64,000 bases of DNA, taken from the IMG/VR virus record IMGVR_UViG_3300042445_003239, one strand, 5' to 3'. Position 1 is the stretch's first letter, and every line of letters starts with the position of its first letter. Positions 46,010 to 56,156 of the stretch are shown piece after piece. The translations under genes and the position numbers were made by a program. Source of the stretch: an uncultured virus (IMG/VR IMGVR_UViG_3300042445_003239). Taxonomy: Duplodnaviria; Heunggongvirae; Uroviricota; Caudoviricetes. The notes below the pieces were generated by a model. It did not search any database and was not told the DNA's origin. It worked only from the letters and a program-made list of their open reading frames with translations.

Positions 46010-47071
46010 ATGATAGCTATTACTGATCCATTAGAGAGAAAACCCATACGTGACATAATTAATAAATTGCCTGATGATAAAAAACAATATTTTATTCAAT
46101 TTATAGCTGAATATATTGGTCATAAAAAACTATCATCGTCCCTTAAGCGCAAATATGAATTGTTTAAAGACATACTTATGAATAATGAAAATTCATATAT
46201 TTCATTATTCACAGAATACAATTCATCTAATAATCAATATCGTAAAGCGGATATTAGACATGGCTTAGGCTCAGGTAAAAAGTTAAAAACCACATACGCG
46301 GCGCGGCCCAAAGCGGTAAATATTAATTCATGCTTTACGATTACTTATTGGATTGCTAAAGGCTTATCTGCCGAAGAAGCCAAAAAGCAGGTTTCTGAAT
46401 TGCAAAGTAAAAACTCAAAGAAGAAGCATCATAAATTTAAATTGAACAGCTTAAGTTATAAAGAATATTTACCCAATTGTATTGAATATTGGATTGCTAG
46501 AGGCTATGATTTAAACGAGTCGGAAATTCTCAGAAAACAAATTTCTATAAAATCTGAGTTATCATATGCAAATTATATTGAAAAATATGGGTTTGATATA
46601 GGTACGACTAAATTAAAAGCACAGCACGAAAAACGAAAGGCTACATTGATTGAACGGTTTGGCACAACTGCAGTGAATGGCAAATGCTCAAAGGAATCAC
46701 TTAAATTTTTCATCCCGCTTTATAAAAGTATTAGAAAACTAGGTGTTAATAAAAATGATATCTTTTGGGGCATTCGCGGAAGTAAAGAATTTGCGCATCA
46801 TTATAATGGCATGAACTTCTTTTATGATTTTACGATTCAATCATTAAAAATAACAATTGAATATAATGGTGCATTTTGGCACGCGCGTCCTGAAACTGAG
46901 TGGAAAGGCTTTGGATCTAAAGAAGAAAACCTTGCTTATAACCATATTAAAGAAAATACTATTAAACAGTACGGCCATGATTTATACATTGTATGGTCGG
47001 ACGAAGATCTTGAATTAAAAAGAAATACTATAACACAAAATATTAAAGAAAAATACTATGCAACCGCTTGA
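46010..47071 (+). CDS. free-standing endonuclease, Vsr/DUF559-like PD-(D/E)xK C-terminal domain
   Basis: FFYDF.....ITIEYNGAFWH, IVW; two YWIA(K/R)G repeats; TATAAATA at 45983-90. Confidence 0.8.
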   Translation: MIAITDPLERKPIRDIINKLPDDKKQYFIQFIAEYIGHKKLSSSLKRKYELFKDILMNNENSYISLFTEYNSSNNQYRKADIRHGLGSGKKLKTTYAARPKAVNINSCFTITYWIAKGLSAEEAKKQVSELQSKNSKKKHHKFKLNSLSYKEYLPNCIEYWIARGYDLNESEILRKQISIKSELSYANYIEKYGFDIGTTKLKAQHEKRKATLIERFGTTAVNGKCSKESLKFFIPLYKSIRKLGVNKNDIFWGIRGSKEFAHHYNGMNFFYDFTIQSLKITIEYNGAFWHARPETEWKGFGSKEENLAYNHIKENTIKQYGHDLYIVWSDEDLELKRNTITQNIKEKYYATA

Positions 47072-47606
47072 AGAATATTGTCTAATTAAAGCAAATGAGC
47101 TTATCACAAAGGGTATGGTGTCCGAACATACCGATGTTTTTGAATTAACTGATATGTTAATTGCGCTTGAAACTGAAAAAATTGATAAGAATACAAAAAG
47201 TGATCTTAACCTAAATTATAATGATCCTATTGTTTCTATTGAGGATGTTGGTGAGGTTGAAACTACAGACATTTCAACCTCAGGCGATAACCTATTTTAC
47301 TGCAACGGCATTTTAACAAAAAACAGTTTTGGACTACCTGCAACAGCCGATTTGATGCTTGCATTTATTCGCACCGAACAACTTGACAAGATGAATCAAA
47401 TTATGGTTAAGCAACTTAAGAATCGGTACAATGATCCAACAACCAACAAGCGATTTACTATTGGAATTGATTTACCAAAGATGAGACTGTATGATATTAG
47501 TGATCCTATGGCAAACATCTCAACAGAGCCTGATAACACGCCTGTGGCCAATACGCCGTTTAGTTCTGGACGAAAGTCTCGTGCAGTGAGTGGCTTAAAT
47601 GTGTAA
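47058..47606 (+). CDS. gp41 helicase fragment 3: intein-2 C fragment (89 aa) + C-extein (93 aa)
   Basis: IVSIEDVG...TDIST...LFYCNGILTKN|SFGLPATADLM; KQLKNRY, F.IGID..KMRLYD. Confidence 0.92.
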   Translation: MQPLEEYCLIKANELITKGMVSEHTDVFELTDMLIALETEKIDKNTKSDLNLNYNDPIVSIEDVGEVETTDISTSGDNLFYCNGILTKNSFGLPATADLMLAFIRTEQLDKMNQIMVKQLKNRYNDPTTNKRFTIGIDLPKMRLYDISDPMANISTEPDNTPVANTPFSSGRKSRAVSGLNV

Positions 47607-47636
47607 TTTTATAAATAATGCTATATAAATAGTTTT

Positions 47637-49166
47637 ATGTCAAGCCTAAATCATTATAAAGAATACCTATCCGAAGCGCTATCCACCTCTGGTGTTAATA
47701 AAGCTGCATTCATTATTTCACGTTATCTTAAAAAGAAGACTGGTAAAGTTTTCTTCCGCTACCCAGGCCTAGAGCAATATCAAAATTCCAACGGTGTTGG
47801 TTTTGGATTACGTTTCTATGCAGTGCGTAAAGGACTTAGCGTACGTTTTAACTGGAAACAAAGTGGAGCTGCAGGATTAAATAACCTTGAGAGTATTGAC
47901 TATTGGGATGGTATCTCATCTGCGCCATTTCACATTGAATTTGATCAAACTGTATCTCTTGTAAAAACACTTCCAGTGATTGCTGACATTATTAGCAGTG
48001 GCACACCATCACTAGGATCTATTAGCACTATTGCTGATGGTGTACCGCTATATGAAAACGTATTGCATGAGGCAGCTGAATACGACTTTGATACAATCTT
48101 TGACGAAATTGTCGATATGATTGTTGACCCTTCTTTTAGCAAAGGTAAAGTTTGGAATGCATTTAAAAGTTCAGGCGTAAAGATTTTTGATGCGCTTGAA
48201 ATGAAATACCCAGATCTTATTACCAAGCAAGGCACCAAGTATGTCTGGGCTGGCTCTAATAAAGATCTTAAAGCACTTAAGAGCGGCAAAGAAGAAATCT
48301 TGCAAAAGGTTGGTATTGTAACAGGTAAGATTACCAAAGGTAGTTCAATAGAGCGCTATAAAGGAGATGCTCAAATTGACGAGCTTGAAAATCAACGTAC
48401 ACGCCTATCCTTTGAAGCGCAATTGCAAGATCTTGAGCGCCTTGTTAAATTTACAGTAAACGGCGCATCCAATGCACTGTTTGTATCTGGTAAAGGCGGC
48501 GTAGGTAAAACACACACCACAGAAAAGATTCTTGCCGACCTTGGATTGAGAGATGGTAACGGTTACTTCAAGAATACAGGTAGCGCAAGTGCTGCTGGAC
48601 TATATAGCTTGTTGTTCCGTTATAAGAATGAAGTTGTATTCTTCGATGATAGTGACGATGCATTGGGCGACCAAGAAGCACGTAACCTTCTTAAAGCGGC
48701 AACCGATACTAAGAAGGTACGTAAGCTCGTATGGAACAAGATGGGCAAAAACGTAGTTGATCCTGAAGGAGATCTTACAGACGAAGAAATTCTCGATAAC
48801 GGTCAAATCCCACGTTACTTTGAATTTACTGGTAAGATTATCTTTATCTCCAACTTGAGCTTGGATAAATTGGATCCAGATGGTGCGCTGCGTACACGCG
48901 CACTTATTATTAACATCGATCCAACCGAAATGGAAATTTATGATTTCATGGAGAAGATTGTTGGCACCATTGAATTGGCTGACGGCATGAAACTGGACCA
49001 AAAATCAAGATTACATGTTGTTGAATTACTTCGCAAAGGTAAGAGCAAGCAAAGCGCAAACCTTCGTAAGTTATCACGTGGATTGAATATGTCAGCAGGC
49101 GCGCTTGCAGCTGGTATTGAAATTCCAGATAGCGAACTTGCGCGTATGATTGAAGATTACGCATAA
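47637..49166 (+). CDS. late protein with C-terminal P-loop ATPase (AAA-like)
   Basis: Two TATAAATA upstream; GKGGVGKT, FFDDSD, IIFISN; YKEYLSE N-terminus. Confidence 0.75.
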   Translation: MSSLNHYKEYLSEALSTSGVNKAAFIISRYLKKKTGKVFFRYPGLEQYQNSNGVGFGLRFYAVRKGLSVRFNWKQSGAAGLNNLESIDYWDGISSAPFHIEFDQTVSLVKTLPVIADIISSGTPSLGSISTIADGVPLYENVLHEAAEYDFDTIFDEIVDMIVDPSFSKGKVWNAFKSSGVKIFDALEMKYPDLITKQGTKYVWAGSNKDLKALKSGKEEILQKVGIVTGKITKGSSIERYKGDAQIDELENQRTRLSFEAQLQDLERLVKFTVNGASNALFVSGKGGVGKTHTTEKILADLGLRDGNGYFKNTGSASAAGLYSLLFRYKNEVVFFDDSDDALGDQEARNLLKAATDTKKVRKLVWNKMGKNVVDPEGDLTDEEILDNGQIPRYFEFTGKIIFISNLSLDKLDPDGALRTRALIINIDPTEMEIYDFMEKIVGTIELADGMKLDQKSRLHVVELLRKGKSKQSANLRKLSRGLNMSAGALAAGIEIPDSELARMIEDYA

Positions 49167-49188
49167 GAGATTTTAAAAACCCAACTCA

Positions 49189-49221
49189 TTTTGGCGCTAT
49201 CAGAAATGGTAGCGCCAAAAT
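49189..49221. terminator. intergenic hairpin, probable terminator
   Basis: TTTTGGCGCTA...TAGCGCCAAAA. Confidence 0.6.
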
Positions 49222-49240
49222 TGTTTATAATTAATATTGT

Positions 49241-49666
49241 ATGATAAGAGTACGTGTCTATGGATTAAAACACGATCCTGAATTGCGAACGACAGTAAAG
49301 AAAGCAATAACATTTGCTCTACAAGAATTGTTACCACGCAAGAGATGTCTATACCTTACCGTTAAGTGCGCAAACAACCTGTTAGAGAAGGAAGGCGCTT
49401 ATGGATTATGCTATAGTACTACTGATATACATACATATTATATTGACTTACATCTTGTGCAATGCGCAAAAGAGTTCTTACTTACGCTCTTTCATGAGTT
49501 GGTACACGTAAAACAATTTACTCTTAAAGAACTCGTCTATCATGGAGATTATGAACTATGGCATGGCGTACGTTATAAGAGTAAAGAATGCGAATATTCA
49601 CGCCCGTGGGAAAAAGAAGCGCGGCGTATGGAAGCCTTGCTATATAAGATGTTTATGAAATTATAA
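49241..49666 (+). CDS. zinc metallopeptidase-like protein
   Basis: TLFHELVHVKQ (HExxH), PWEKEA. Confidence 0.8.
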   Translation: MIRVRVYGLKHDPELRTTVKKAITFALQELLPRKRCLYLTVKCANNLLEKEGAYGLCYSTTDIHTYYIDLHLVQCAKEFLLTLFHELVHVKQFTLKELVYHGDYELWHGVRYKSKECEYSRPWEKEARRMEALLYKMFMKL

Positions 49667-49678
49667 ATATATATTACA

Positions 49679-50731
49679 ATGGGCAAATTGAATGAAGGCG
49701 ATGTTATTGAAGGCATTTTTACAATTGCTCTAAGTTTGTACTTGGCATATGGAAAAGTCGATAAACAAAAACTCAATCAAATTCGCACTAAGATTGATAC
49801 CTCTGTTTTTGCAAAAGGAAGATTTAAGTATGATGTAGTGACCAATAATAAACGTCAGGTTGGAAAAAATATGCCTGACTTTATTAACGTTTCATTTGAA
49901 ATGAGACTAAAACCAAAATCTATACAAGGTGCTTTTGGTAAAGATTATGATGTCTTGTATAGGTCATCAAAAGATATTGGAAACATTGATAGGAAGATAG
50001 ATCAGCTCATAAAGGCAGTTCAAAATTCTGCATTTGTCCGTCGTGCCGATGCTGCCATAAATACATTCTTAAAAAATAAAACTGCAGATATCATAAACAT
50101 TATTGTTATTGCTGATGGTATTGCTGGAGAATCCTCAGGCGGAAAAATCAAAGGAGATGTCACATTAACAATATATGCACAAACACGTAACGGAAATAAA
50201 AAGATAACATCTGGTGATATTCCGTTTTCGTTGAAGTCAGAATCGGTTACCGTATCAAGTCTTTCACCATACTTTGGTATGTTGGGCATTGCCGAAGCTC
50301 TTAATATAAAATGGGATGCAAAAGAAAAATATGTTAGACTCGCAAAGTCGTTTGTTGGTCCTGTTGAGCAAAAAGCTAAATTTGCACTTATTAGAAGTAT
50401 GTATGAAGACTTGAAAGACAAAATACTTCTTAATAGTAATAGCCCAAGTTTTACGCTCAATGCATTAAACTTTTTAGGCAAAAATATATTTGGTGATGAT
50501 TTGGCAGATGTAATTGATATACAACGCGGTGCTGTAAAAGAAATCACGCAAGACTATTTTAACAAACTCAAAAAATCGGTTAAACTAATAGCACAAGTAA
50601 AAGGATCAAATTTGATTTTTCTCGACAAGAACACAAAAGCAGCAATTTTTCAAATAAGAACAAAATTGCGTGAAGAAGCAAATGAAGCTAAATTTTATCT
50701 AGAGGTTGGTTCTGGAATATACGCAAAATAA
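49679..50731 (+). CDS. hypothetical late protein
   Basis: TATAAATA upstream; 350-aa ORF. Confidence 0.65.
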   Translation: MGKLNEGDVIEGIFTIALSLYLAYGKVDKQKLNQIRTKIDTSVFAKGRFKYDVVTNNKRQVGKNMPDFINVSFEMRLKPKSIQGAFGKDYDVLYRSSKDIGNIDRKIDQLIKAVQNSAFVRRADAAINTFLKNKTADIINIIVIADGIAGESSGGKIKGDVTLTIYAQTRNGNKKITSGDIPFSLKSESVTVSSLSPYFGMLGIAEALNIKWDAKEKYVRLAKSFVGPVEQKAKFALIRSMYEDLKDKILLNSNSPSFTLNALNFLGKNIFGDDLADVIDIQRGAVKEITQDYFNKLKKSVKLIAQVKGSNLIFLDKNTKAAIFQIRTKLREEANEAKFYLEVGSGIYAK

Positions 50732-50756
50732 ATATGATAGGATTTAAACAATACAT

Positions 50757-51224
50757 ATGAAAAGCTTTAAAAGATATTTAGATGAAGACTATTATACTGG
50801 TCTTGCAAAGAGCACACGCGCACGTCGGGCTGCACAATTTAATCGTCAAGCATCAAAGGACGATGACGATCCTTCGGCATACAAGCCTGCACCCGGTGAC
50901 GCCTCAGCTGAAACAGTTCCTTCCAAATATACCAAAGCGTATGCTGCAAAATATGGTAAAGAATCTGTAGATTTTGATCAATACCAAACGCTCGATGAAG
51001 AAGCGCAACTTGCTGGACTAAAGACTAAATCTGAAAAAAGTGGAATTGCATATGGGATACTTAAACAAGTATTTGATCGAGGAATGGCTGCTTGGAAAAC
51101 AGGGCATCGCCCGGGAGCAGGACAATTTCAATGGGCGTATGCACGCGTTAATAGTTTTATAGTTGGTGGTAAAACACGAACAACTGGTGATGCTGACTTA
51201 TGGGCAAACCATAAGAAAGGTTAA
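50757..51224 (+). CDS. conserved T4-like hypothetical (putative internal head protein)
   Basis: MKSFKRYLDE; YKPAPGD; RGMAAW..GHRPG...QWAYARVNSF. Confidence 0.7.
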   Translation: MKSFKRYLDEDYYTGLAKSTRARRAAQFNRQASKDDDDPSAYKPAPGDASAETVPSKYTKAYAAKYGKESVDFDQYQTLDEEAQLAGLKTKSEKSGIAYGILKQVFDRGMAAWKTGHRPGAGQFQWAYARVNSFIVGGKTRTTGDADLWANHKKG

Positions 51225-51246
51225 GTATATATAAATATACTATACG

Positions 51247-51735
51247 ATGAAAACACCACTAAGATTACGAGACCTAATGACTGTTGATCCAACAGACGGT
51301 TCATACGATTATGATCCGCTAGACCTAATGATTAATGCATATCGCAAACGTAAGAAAGGTCCGTTCATGGCTGATGAAGGTGCTGAAACTGATGAAAGCA
51401 CACCTGAACTTAAAGAAGTACTTACAGCTGCACAGCGTATGGCTAGACGCGCATCGTTTCGTCGCAACAAGTCTGCACTTAGGATTGGCCGTGCGCGCTC
51501 GTTGCGTCGCCGTGCAAGTAACGTAGTATTAAAAGCACGTGCATTGCGTGCAGCTCGCGCCGAAATTACAAAGCGTCTAACTGGTGGAAAAAATAAAGGA
51601 GATCTTTCCTTTGGCGCACGTGCTGGTGTTGAAAAACAACTTGCACGTAAAAAGACCATCATTAAGAGTTTGGCAGCTCGCCTATTGCCGCAAGTTCGCG
51701 CAAAAGATGCAGCTCGCTTTCAGCGTAAAAAATAA
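51247..51735 (+). CDS. basic hypothetical protein (putative DNA-binding core protein)
   Basis: Late promoter upstream; Arg/Lys-rich C-terminal half after LKE. Confidence 0.65.
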   Translation: MKTPLRLRDLMTVDPTDGSYDYDPLDLMINAYRKRKKGPFMADEGAETDESTPELKEVLTAAQRMARRASFRRNKSALRIGRARSLRRRASNVVLKARALRAARAEITKRLTGGKNKGDLSFGARAGVEKQLARKKTIIKSLAARLLPQVRAKDAARFQRKK

Positions 51736-51740
51736 TTATA

Positions 51741-52724
51741 ATGAAGAGCTTTAAAGGATACATTACTGAAAAGACGCGTGAACTTGTTGCGATATATGAT
51801 TCGTTTAATCCACCAACAATACACGATGAAGCACTACTTAATGCTGCAAGTGTACACTCTAAAAAGAGCGCAACGCTTCGTGTATATTCATTTCAAACTG
51901 AAGGGTATGAAGAACACCCGTTAAACTATGATGATAAAATACGGTATATGCGCAAGATGTTTCCACAATATGGCCGTAATATTATACGTGATTGTAATAT
52001 TAAAGATGCCGTAGATGTTGCGGTATCAGCTTATAATGAGGGTTACACAAAGCTAACAATGTTAGTACGGACTGAACATATAGTTGAATTTAAACAACAG
52101 CTGCATGCATATAATGGTATACGCGGTGTGCATGGTTATTATAAATTTTCTGATGGTATACGAATAGTGCCAGCACCATCAGCGCTACATGAAAGTGTAC
52201 AACGTAATGCGGCTGCTAATAATGACCTAAAGACATTTGCTGAAGGATGCCCTAAAACATTTGGGGAAGTTAAAGAGTTATTTAATGCAGTGCGCACTGG
52301 GATGGGCCTTAAGGAAAGCCATAGTTTTCGCAAGCATATACAATTCCAATCTTTAGGTGAAACACGTGAACGTTATATCTCTGGCGAGATATACAATATT
52401 GGCGAAAGAATCATTTCTAAAAAAGATGGGCTATCGTATACAATTAAAGAGCGTGGGCCTAACTATATAACATGCATTTCTGAAACTGGAGGTCATACTA
52501 AATTTTTTATACAGGATGTTATTTATGAAGAAAGCTGGGAAGATGGTTATGAGCGCCGTGTAGTGCGCACAACCGATCCTGAGCGTTTAAGTGCAGGTTA
52601 TGATTGGCGCATCAAAGGTAAAGATGACGATGCACGAACAATTAAATATTATAAAAAGAAACCAGACTTTGATGAATTTACTCGTCAAATGAAAAGAGTT
52701 GCAGGACATGAATTTGGAGCTTGA
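51741..52724 (+). CDS. degenerate cytidyltransferase-like protein of T4-like phages
   Basis: MKSFKGYITE; FNPPT, PL.YDDKIRYMRKMFP, RERY..GEIYNIG. Confidence 0.65.
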   Translation: MKSFKGYITEKTRELVAIYDSFNPPTIHDEALLNAASVHSKKSATLRVYSFQTEGYEEHPLNYDDKIRYMRKMFPQYGRNIIRDCNIKDAVDVAVSAYNEGYTKLTMLVRTEHIVEFKQQLHAYNGIRGVHGYYKFSDGIRIVPAPSALHESVQRNAAANNDLKTFAEGCPKTFGEVKELFNAVRTGMGLKESHSFRKHIQFQSLGETRERYISGEIYNIGERIISKKDGLSYTIKERGPNYITCISETGGHTKFFIQDVIYEESWEDGYERRVVRTTDPERLSAGYDWRIKGKDDDARTIKYYKKKPDFDEFTRQMKRVAGHEFGA

Positions 52725-53709
52725 TGAAGAATATGGCGCAGGCTTTGAAGGTACACCTAGCCTATTATATAAATACATAAAGGACACCCCAGGGCAACGC
52801 ATACAACAATTTAACACCGAGATGAAACAAAAAACATATCAAGAGTTTGAAGCTCAACACAAAAAGATGTATCCTTCACATACGACGGATCAAATAAAAG
52901 CTGCATACAAAAAATACAGCGAATATTTTGAAATGGAAGAAGCTTATGGTGAATCATGGGTTGTTTACAATAAGGACGCCAAAGCAAAAATCAAACCTTT
53001 CAAAACAAGAAAAGGTGCGTATGAATATGCTGCAAAAAATGGAGGAGTTGTATACAGTGGTGAATATTACCATGATCACCAAGATGACATTAATTCCGGT
53101 AAACTTGTAAAAGAAGAATCTTTACAAGAAGCTGTTCCAAAAATTGATGTTGAAGAACTGCTTGATGCAGCTGCTAAAATGCGAAAGGAAATGCCGGCAT
53201 TGCGTAAAGGACAATCTATAATGATTACCTTATATAATATGAATCCAAAACTATATTCAATGGCAGTGGACAAAGCAGATGCATTTACGGTTGACGCAAA
53301 AATCCCAGATTTGATCAACTTCTTGGATCCAAAATATTATGCTGAATCCGCAAATCTCGATGAAGCTACTGGTACTCATTCTATGGGTACTGTAACCATC
53401 ACAGCACCGGGAAATATATTGCATGGAAAAACAGCTAATATCTTTCACAAGTTTCCTGATGGGCGCATTAATGTTCAGCATAGAAAGAGCGACAAAAAAG
53501 GCGATGTTATTAATCTTACACTCAAAAAAGGAGAATATAAGTTAGATGAAGCCGTTGACTTAGAGACTGCACGTAAGATTAAAATTGTTGCACTTGCAAC
53601 AGGTTCTTGCGACCTAGAACATATTCATGAATTTGTATCGCTCAATCCAAACATGGAGTCAATCGTAACACTTAAAGAAACTTATAATAAATATATTCAA
53701 TCACTATGA
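52708..53709 (+). CDS. hypothetical late protein (multiple L.E sites)
   Basis: EYGAG..GT..L...Y..DTPGQ; start uncertain. Confidence 0.6.
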   Translation: MNLELDEEYGAGFEGTPSLLYKYIKDTPGQRIQQFNTEMKQKTYQEFEAQHKKMYPSHTTDQIKAAYKKYSEYFEMEEAYGESWVVYNKDAKAKIKPFKTRKGAYEYAAKNGGVVYSGEYYHDHQDDINSGKLVKEESLQEAVPKIDVEELLDAAAKMRKEMPALRKGQSIMITLYNMNPKLYSMAVDKADAFTVDAKIPDLINFLDPKYYAESANLDEATGTHSMGTVTITAPGNILHGKTANIFHKFPDGRINVQHRKSDKKGDVINLTLKKGEYKLDEAVDLETARKIKIVALATGSCDLEHIHEFVSLNPNMESIVTLKETYNKYIQSL

Positions 53710-54476
53710 AGAAACTAAATGATATCCTAAACGAATCGGCATCTGAAGTCGAAATTAAATTACTTAAGAGCGTATTAAAGACTCTTGGATTTAAAGCAGC
53801 TAAACCTGGGAATAACACCTACTATACAAATGTCGATAACATTATCGAATTGTATGGTCTTCCAATGAGAGCAGGCAAGTATGCTGACATCTTTGTTGCA
53901 GTTACCGATAATGCGTCCAAACCATATTCATTGGTTGACATTGAAGGTACATTAAAATATGCAAAAGTTAACGATATTGTAAAGGAGTTACAAAAGCGCA
54001 GCAACAGCATTAAAGAGGGCGCAGAGGAAACCGATCCTGTAGGTGAAGCATTGGCTTTACTTGATGAAATTACAGAAATGACTGAAGAGATTTATGATTG
54101 CATTTCAGATCAAGAAAATATTGATGACGATATTGTAAAGGCTATCTCAAACATCTATGCAACGGTTGACGAATTATATACTGCTGTTGACGAGAAATAC
54201 GATATTAATATTGATGATGGCGAATATGAATATGGCGATGTCAAGATGACCAATGAAAGTGTTGACTATACCAAGTTTAAACAGCTTGCAGCTGTTGGTC
54301 TGGTAGATGAAACAAACATTCAACCTTTGGTTCTTGCTGTTAAGAATCTTGAAGATGGCAAAACTTTAACACCATCTCAAAAGGATCTAATCATGAATAC
54401 ATTCCTGTCACTTGTTGGAATAATTACAGGTGATTCATCATTGATTAATACTTTAAAACGTAATATCAAATCTTAA
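53706..54476 (+). CDS. hypothetical acidic protein
   Basis: 256-aa ORF, MKKLNDILNE. Confidence 0.65.
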   Translation: MKKLNDILNESASEVEIKLLKSVLKTLGFKAAKPGNNTYYTNVDNIIELYGLPMRAGKYADIFVAVTDNASKPYSLVDIEGTLKYAKVNDIVKELQKRSNSIKEGAEETDPVGEALALLDEITEMTEEIYDCISDQENIDDDIVKAISNIYATVDELYTAVDEKYDINIDDGEYEYGDVKMTNESVDYTKFKQLAAVGLVDETNIQPLVLAVKNLEDGKTLTPSQKDLIMNTFLSLVGIITGDSSLINTLKRNIKS

Positions 54477-54554
54477 GGCGTATTTAAATTACGTTGTTGT
54501 ATTATATTGAATCTATATTATTATACCACATAATTTTAAAATGTAAATAAAAAA

Positions 54555-55826
54555 ATGCCTACACAATACATATCAAGTACTAACACTCTAACGCGGCAAG
54601 GTGCACGTTACGAGGTAAATATGCTATCAGACCAAATTACACCAGGTGGCGCTCTTGTAGATGCATTTGGACGTTTACGTGTGTCTGAACCATTCACGCT
54701 ATTTGAAAGCCAACATCGTTATACCGAAAATGATAAATGGAGTACTGTAACTGCGTCTGGCGGAAGCACCACTCATGTCTCTGCGGAGAGTGCAATCAAT
54801 ATGTCAGTTACAACAACAACTGGCAGCAAGGTCATTCGCGAGTCAAAGCGGGTAATGCCATATCAACCTGGGAAAAGTTTGCTCATTATGTCAACCTTTG
54901 TTATGGCAACTCCAGTCACTGGGCTACGCCAAAGAGTTGGTTATTTTGGTAATGACAATGGAATATATTTAGAAAATGATGGCACTGGAAACTTCCTTGT
55001 GCTTCGCAGTCAAAGCTTAGGTACAACAATTCGTGTACCTCAAAGCGAATGGATCGGCGATAAATTTAATGGATCTGGTTATTCAGACGTGACACTCGAC
55101 GTTACAAAGTCTAATATTTTTTGGATTGACATTGAATGGCTTGGTGTAGGCGACGTTCGTTGTGGATTTATTGTACACGGTAAACCTGTTGTCGCTCATG
55201 TATTTCATAATGATAATGTTCGCACCACGACATACATGACAACTGCATGTCTGCCAATACGATATGAAATTGAAAATTTAGGATCTGCTAGTGGAACACT
55301 TAAACAAATATGCAGCACTGCTATTTCAGAGGGTGGCTATAACCCAGAATCAATTACATATTGTCAGGCATCGTCGGCATCAGTATTTGTCACACGGCAA
55401 ACCAATGCGACAACTGCTGATCGAGGAAAATTCTTTAATGCTGTATCAATTCGCTTATCATCGTCTAAGTTAGATGGTATAATTATTCCTACTGGTGTTT
55501 CTATTGTTATTGAACAAAATAAAAAATATCAATGGGCTCTAATAAAAAATGCAACCTTTACAACATCTCCTACATGGACTGTTCACCCAGATTGCGTCAC
55601 TACCGAATTTGCAATAAGTGATTCAATTATGACTGGTGGAACCATAGTAAAATCCGGATTCCTTACAAATGCCAGCGAATCAGTAGAATTGGATAATTTG
55701 GGAAGTTTATTTTTACAATTAGGTCGAACTCAAGCAGGTGTTTCTGATGTATACACATTAGCAATAGCTGCGGATGCAACCAATTCTACATTTAATGCAC
55801 TGCTAAACTGGTATCAAATTATATGA
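54555..55826 (+). CDS. putative virion structural protein
   Basis: DAFGRLRVSEPFTLF, YQPGK, WIDIEWLGVG.VR.GF; Thr/Ser-rich beta composition. Confidence 0.65.
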   Translation: MPTQYISSTNTLTRQGARYEVNMLSDQITPGGALVDAFGRLRVSEPFTLFESQHRYTENDKWSTVTASGGSTTHVSAESAINMSVTTTTGSKVIRESKRVMPYQPGKSLLIMSTFVMATPVTGLRQRVGYFGNDNGIYLENDGTGNFLVLRSQSLGTTIRVPQSEWIGDKFNGSGYSDVTLDVTKSNIFWIDIEWLGVGDVRCGFIVHGKPVVAHVFHNDNVRTTTYMTTACLPIRYEIENLGSASGTLKQICSTAISEGGYNPESITYCQASSASVFVTRQTNATTADRGKFFNAVSIRLSSSKLDGIIIPTGVSIVIEQNKKYQWALIKNATFTTSPTWTVHPDCVTTEFAISDSIMTGGTIVKSGFLTNASESVELDNLGSLFLQLGRTQAGVSDVYTLAIAADATNSTFNALLNWYQII

Positions 55827-56137
55827 TGCGCTTTAAAGAATATATCTCCGAAGAGGCTGAATACGATGGGCGTAAGGTAACACTTAATGCGCCGTTTCGT
55901 AGCGACGACAATAAGCATAAATTTTATGTATATGTTCGCAATGATAAAGGCAATGTAATCAAGCTTGGATTTGGTGATCCTAATATGGAAATTAAACGTG
56001 ATGATCCTGCACGTCTTAAAAACTTCCGCGCACGTCATAGCTGCGATGATGCCCCAGGACCAAAATGGAAAGCACGCTATTGGAGCTGCAAGTTCTGGGA
56101 AAAAGGCAAATCGGTGACAGACCTACTGGCACAATAA
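55823..56137 (+). CDS. conserved T4-like hypothetical protein
   Basis: MRFKEYISE; GRKVTLN.P, FGDPNM, FRARH.C, ARYWSC..W. Confidence 0.75.
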   Translation: MMRFKEYISEEAEYDGRKVTLNAPFRSDDNKHKFYVYVRNDKGNVIKLGFGDPNMEIKRDDPARLKNFRARHSCDDAPGPKWKARYWSCKFWEKGKSVTDLLAQ

Positions 56138-56156
56138 GATTCATATAAATTATAAT

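Noticed and set aside
43945..47324. Group I introns or a frameshifted pseudogene in gp41
   Set aside because: Junctions carry intein chemistry (Cys1; HN|T; KN|S) and the exteins join into an intact helicase
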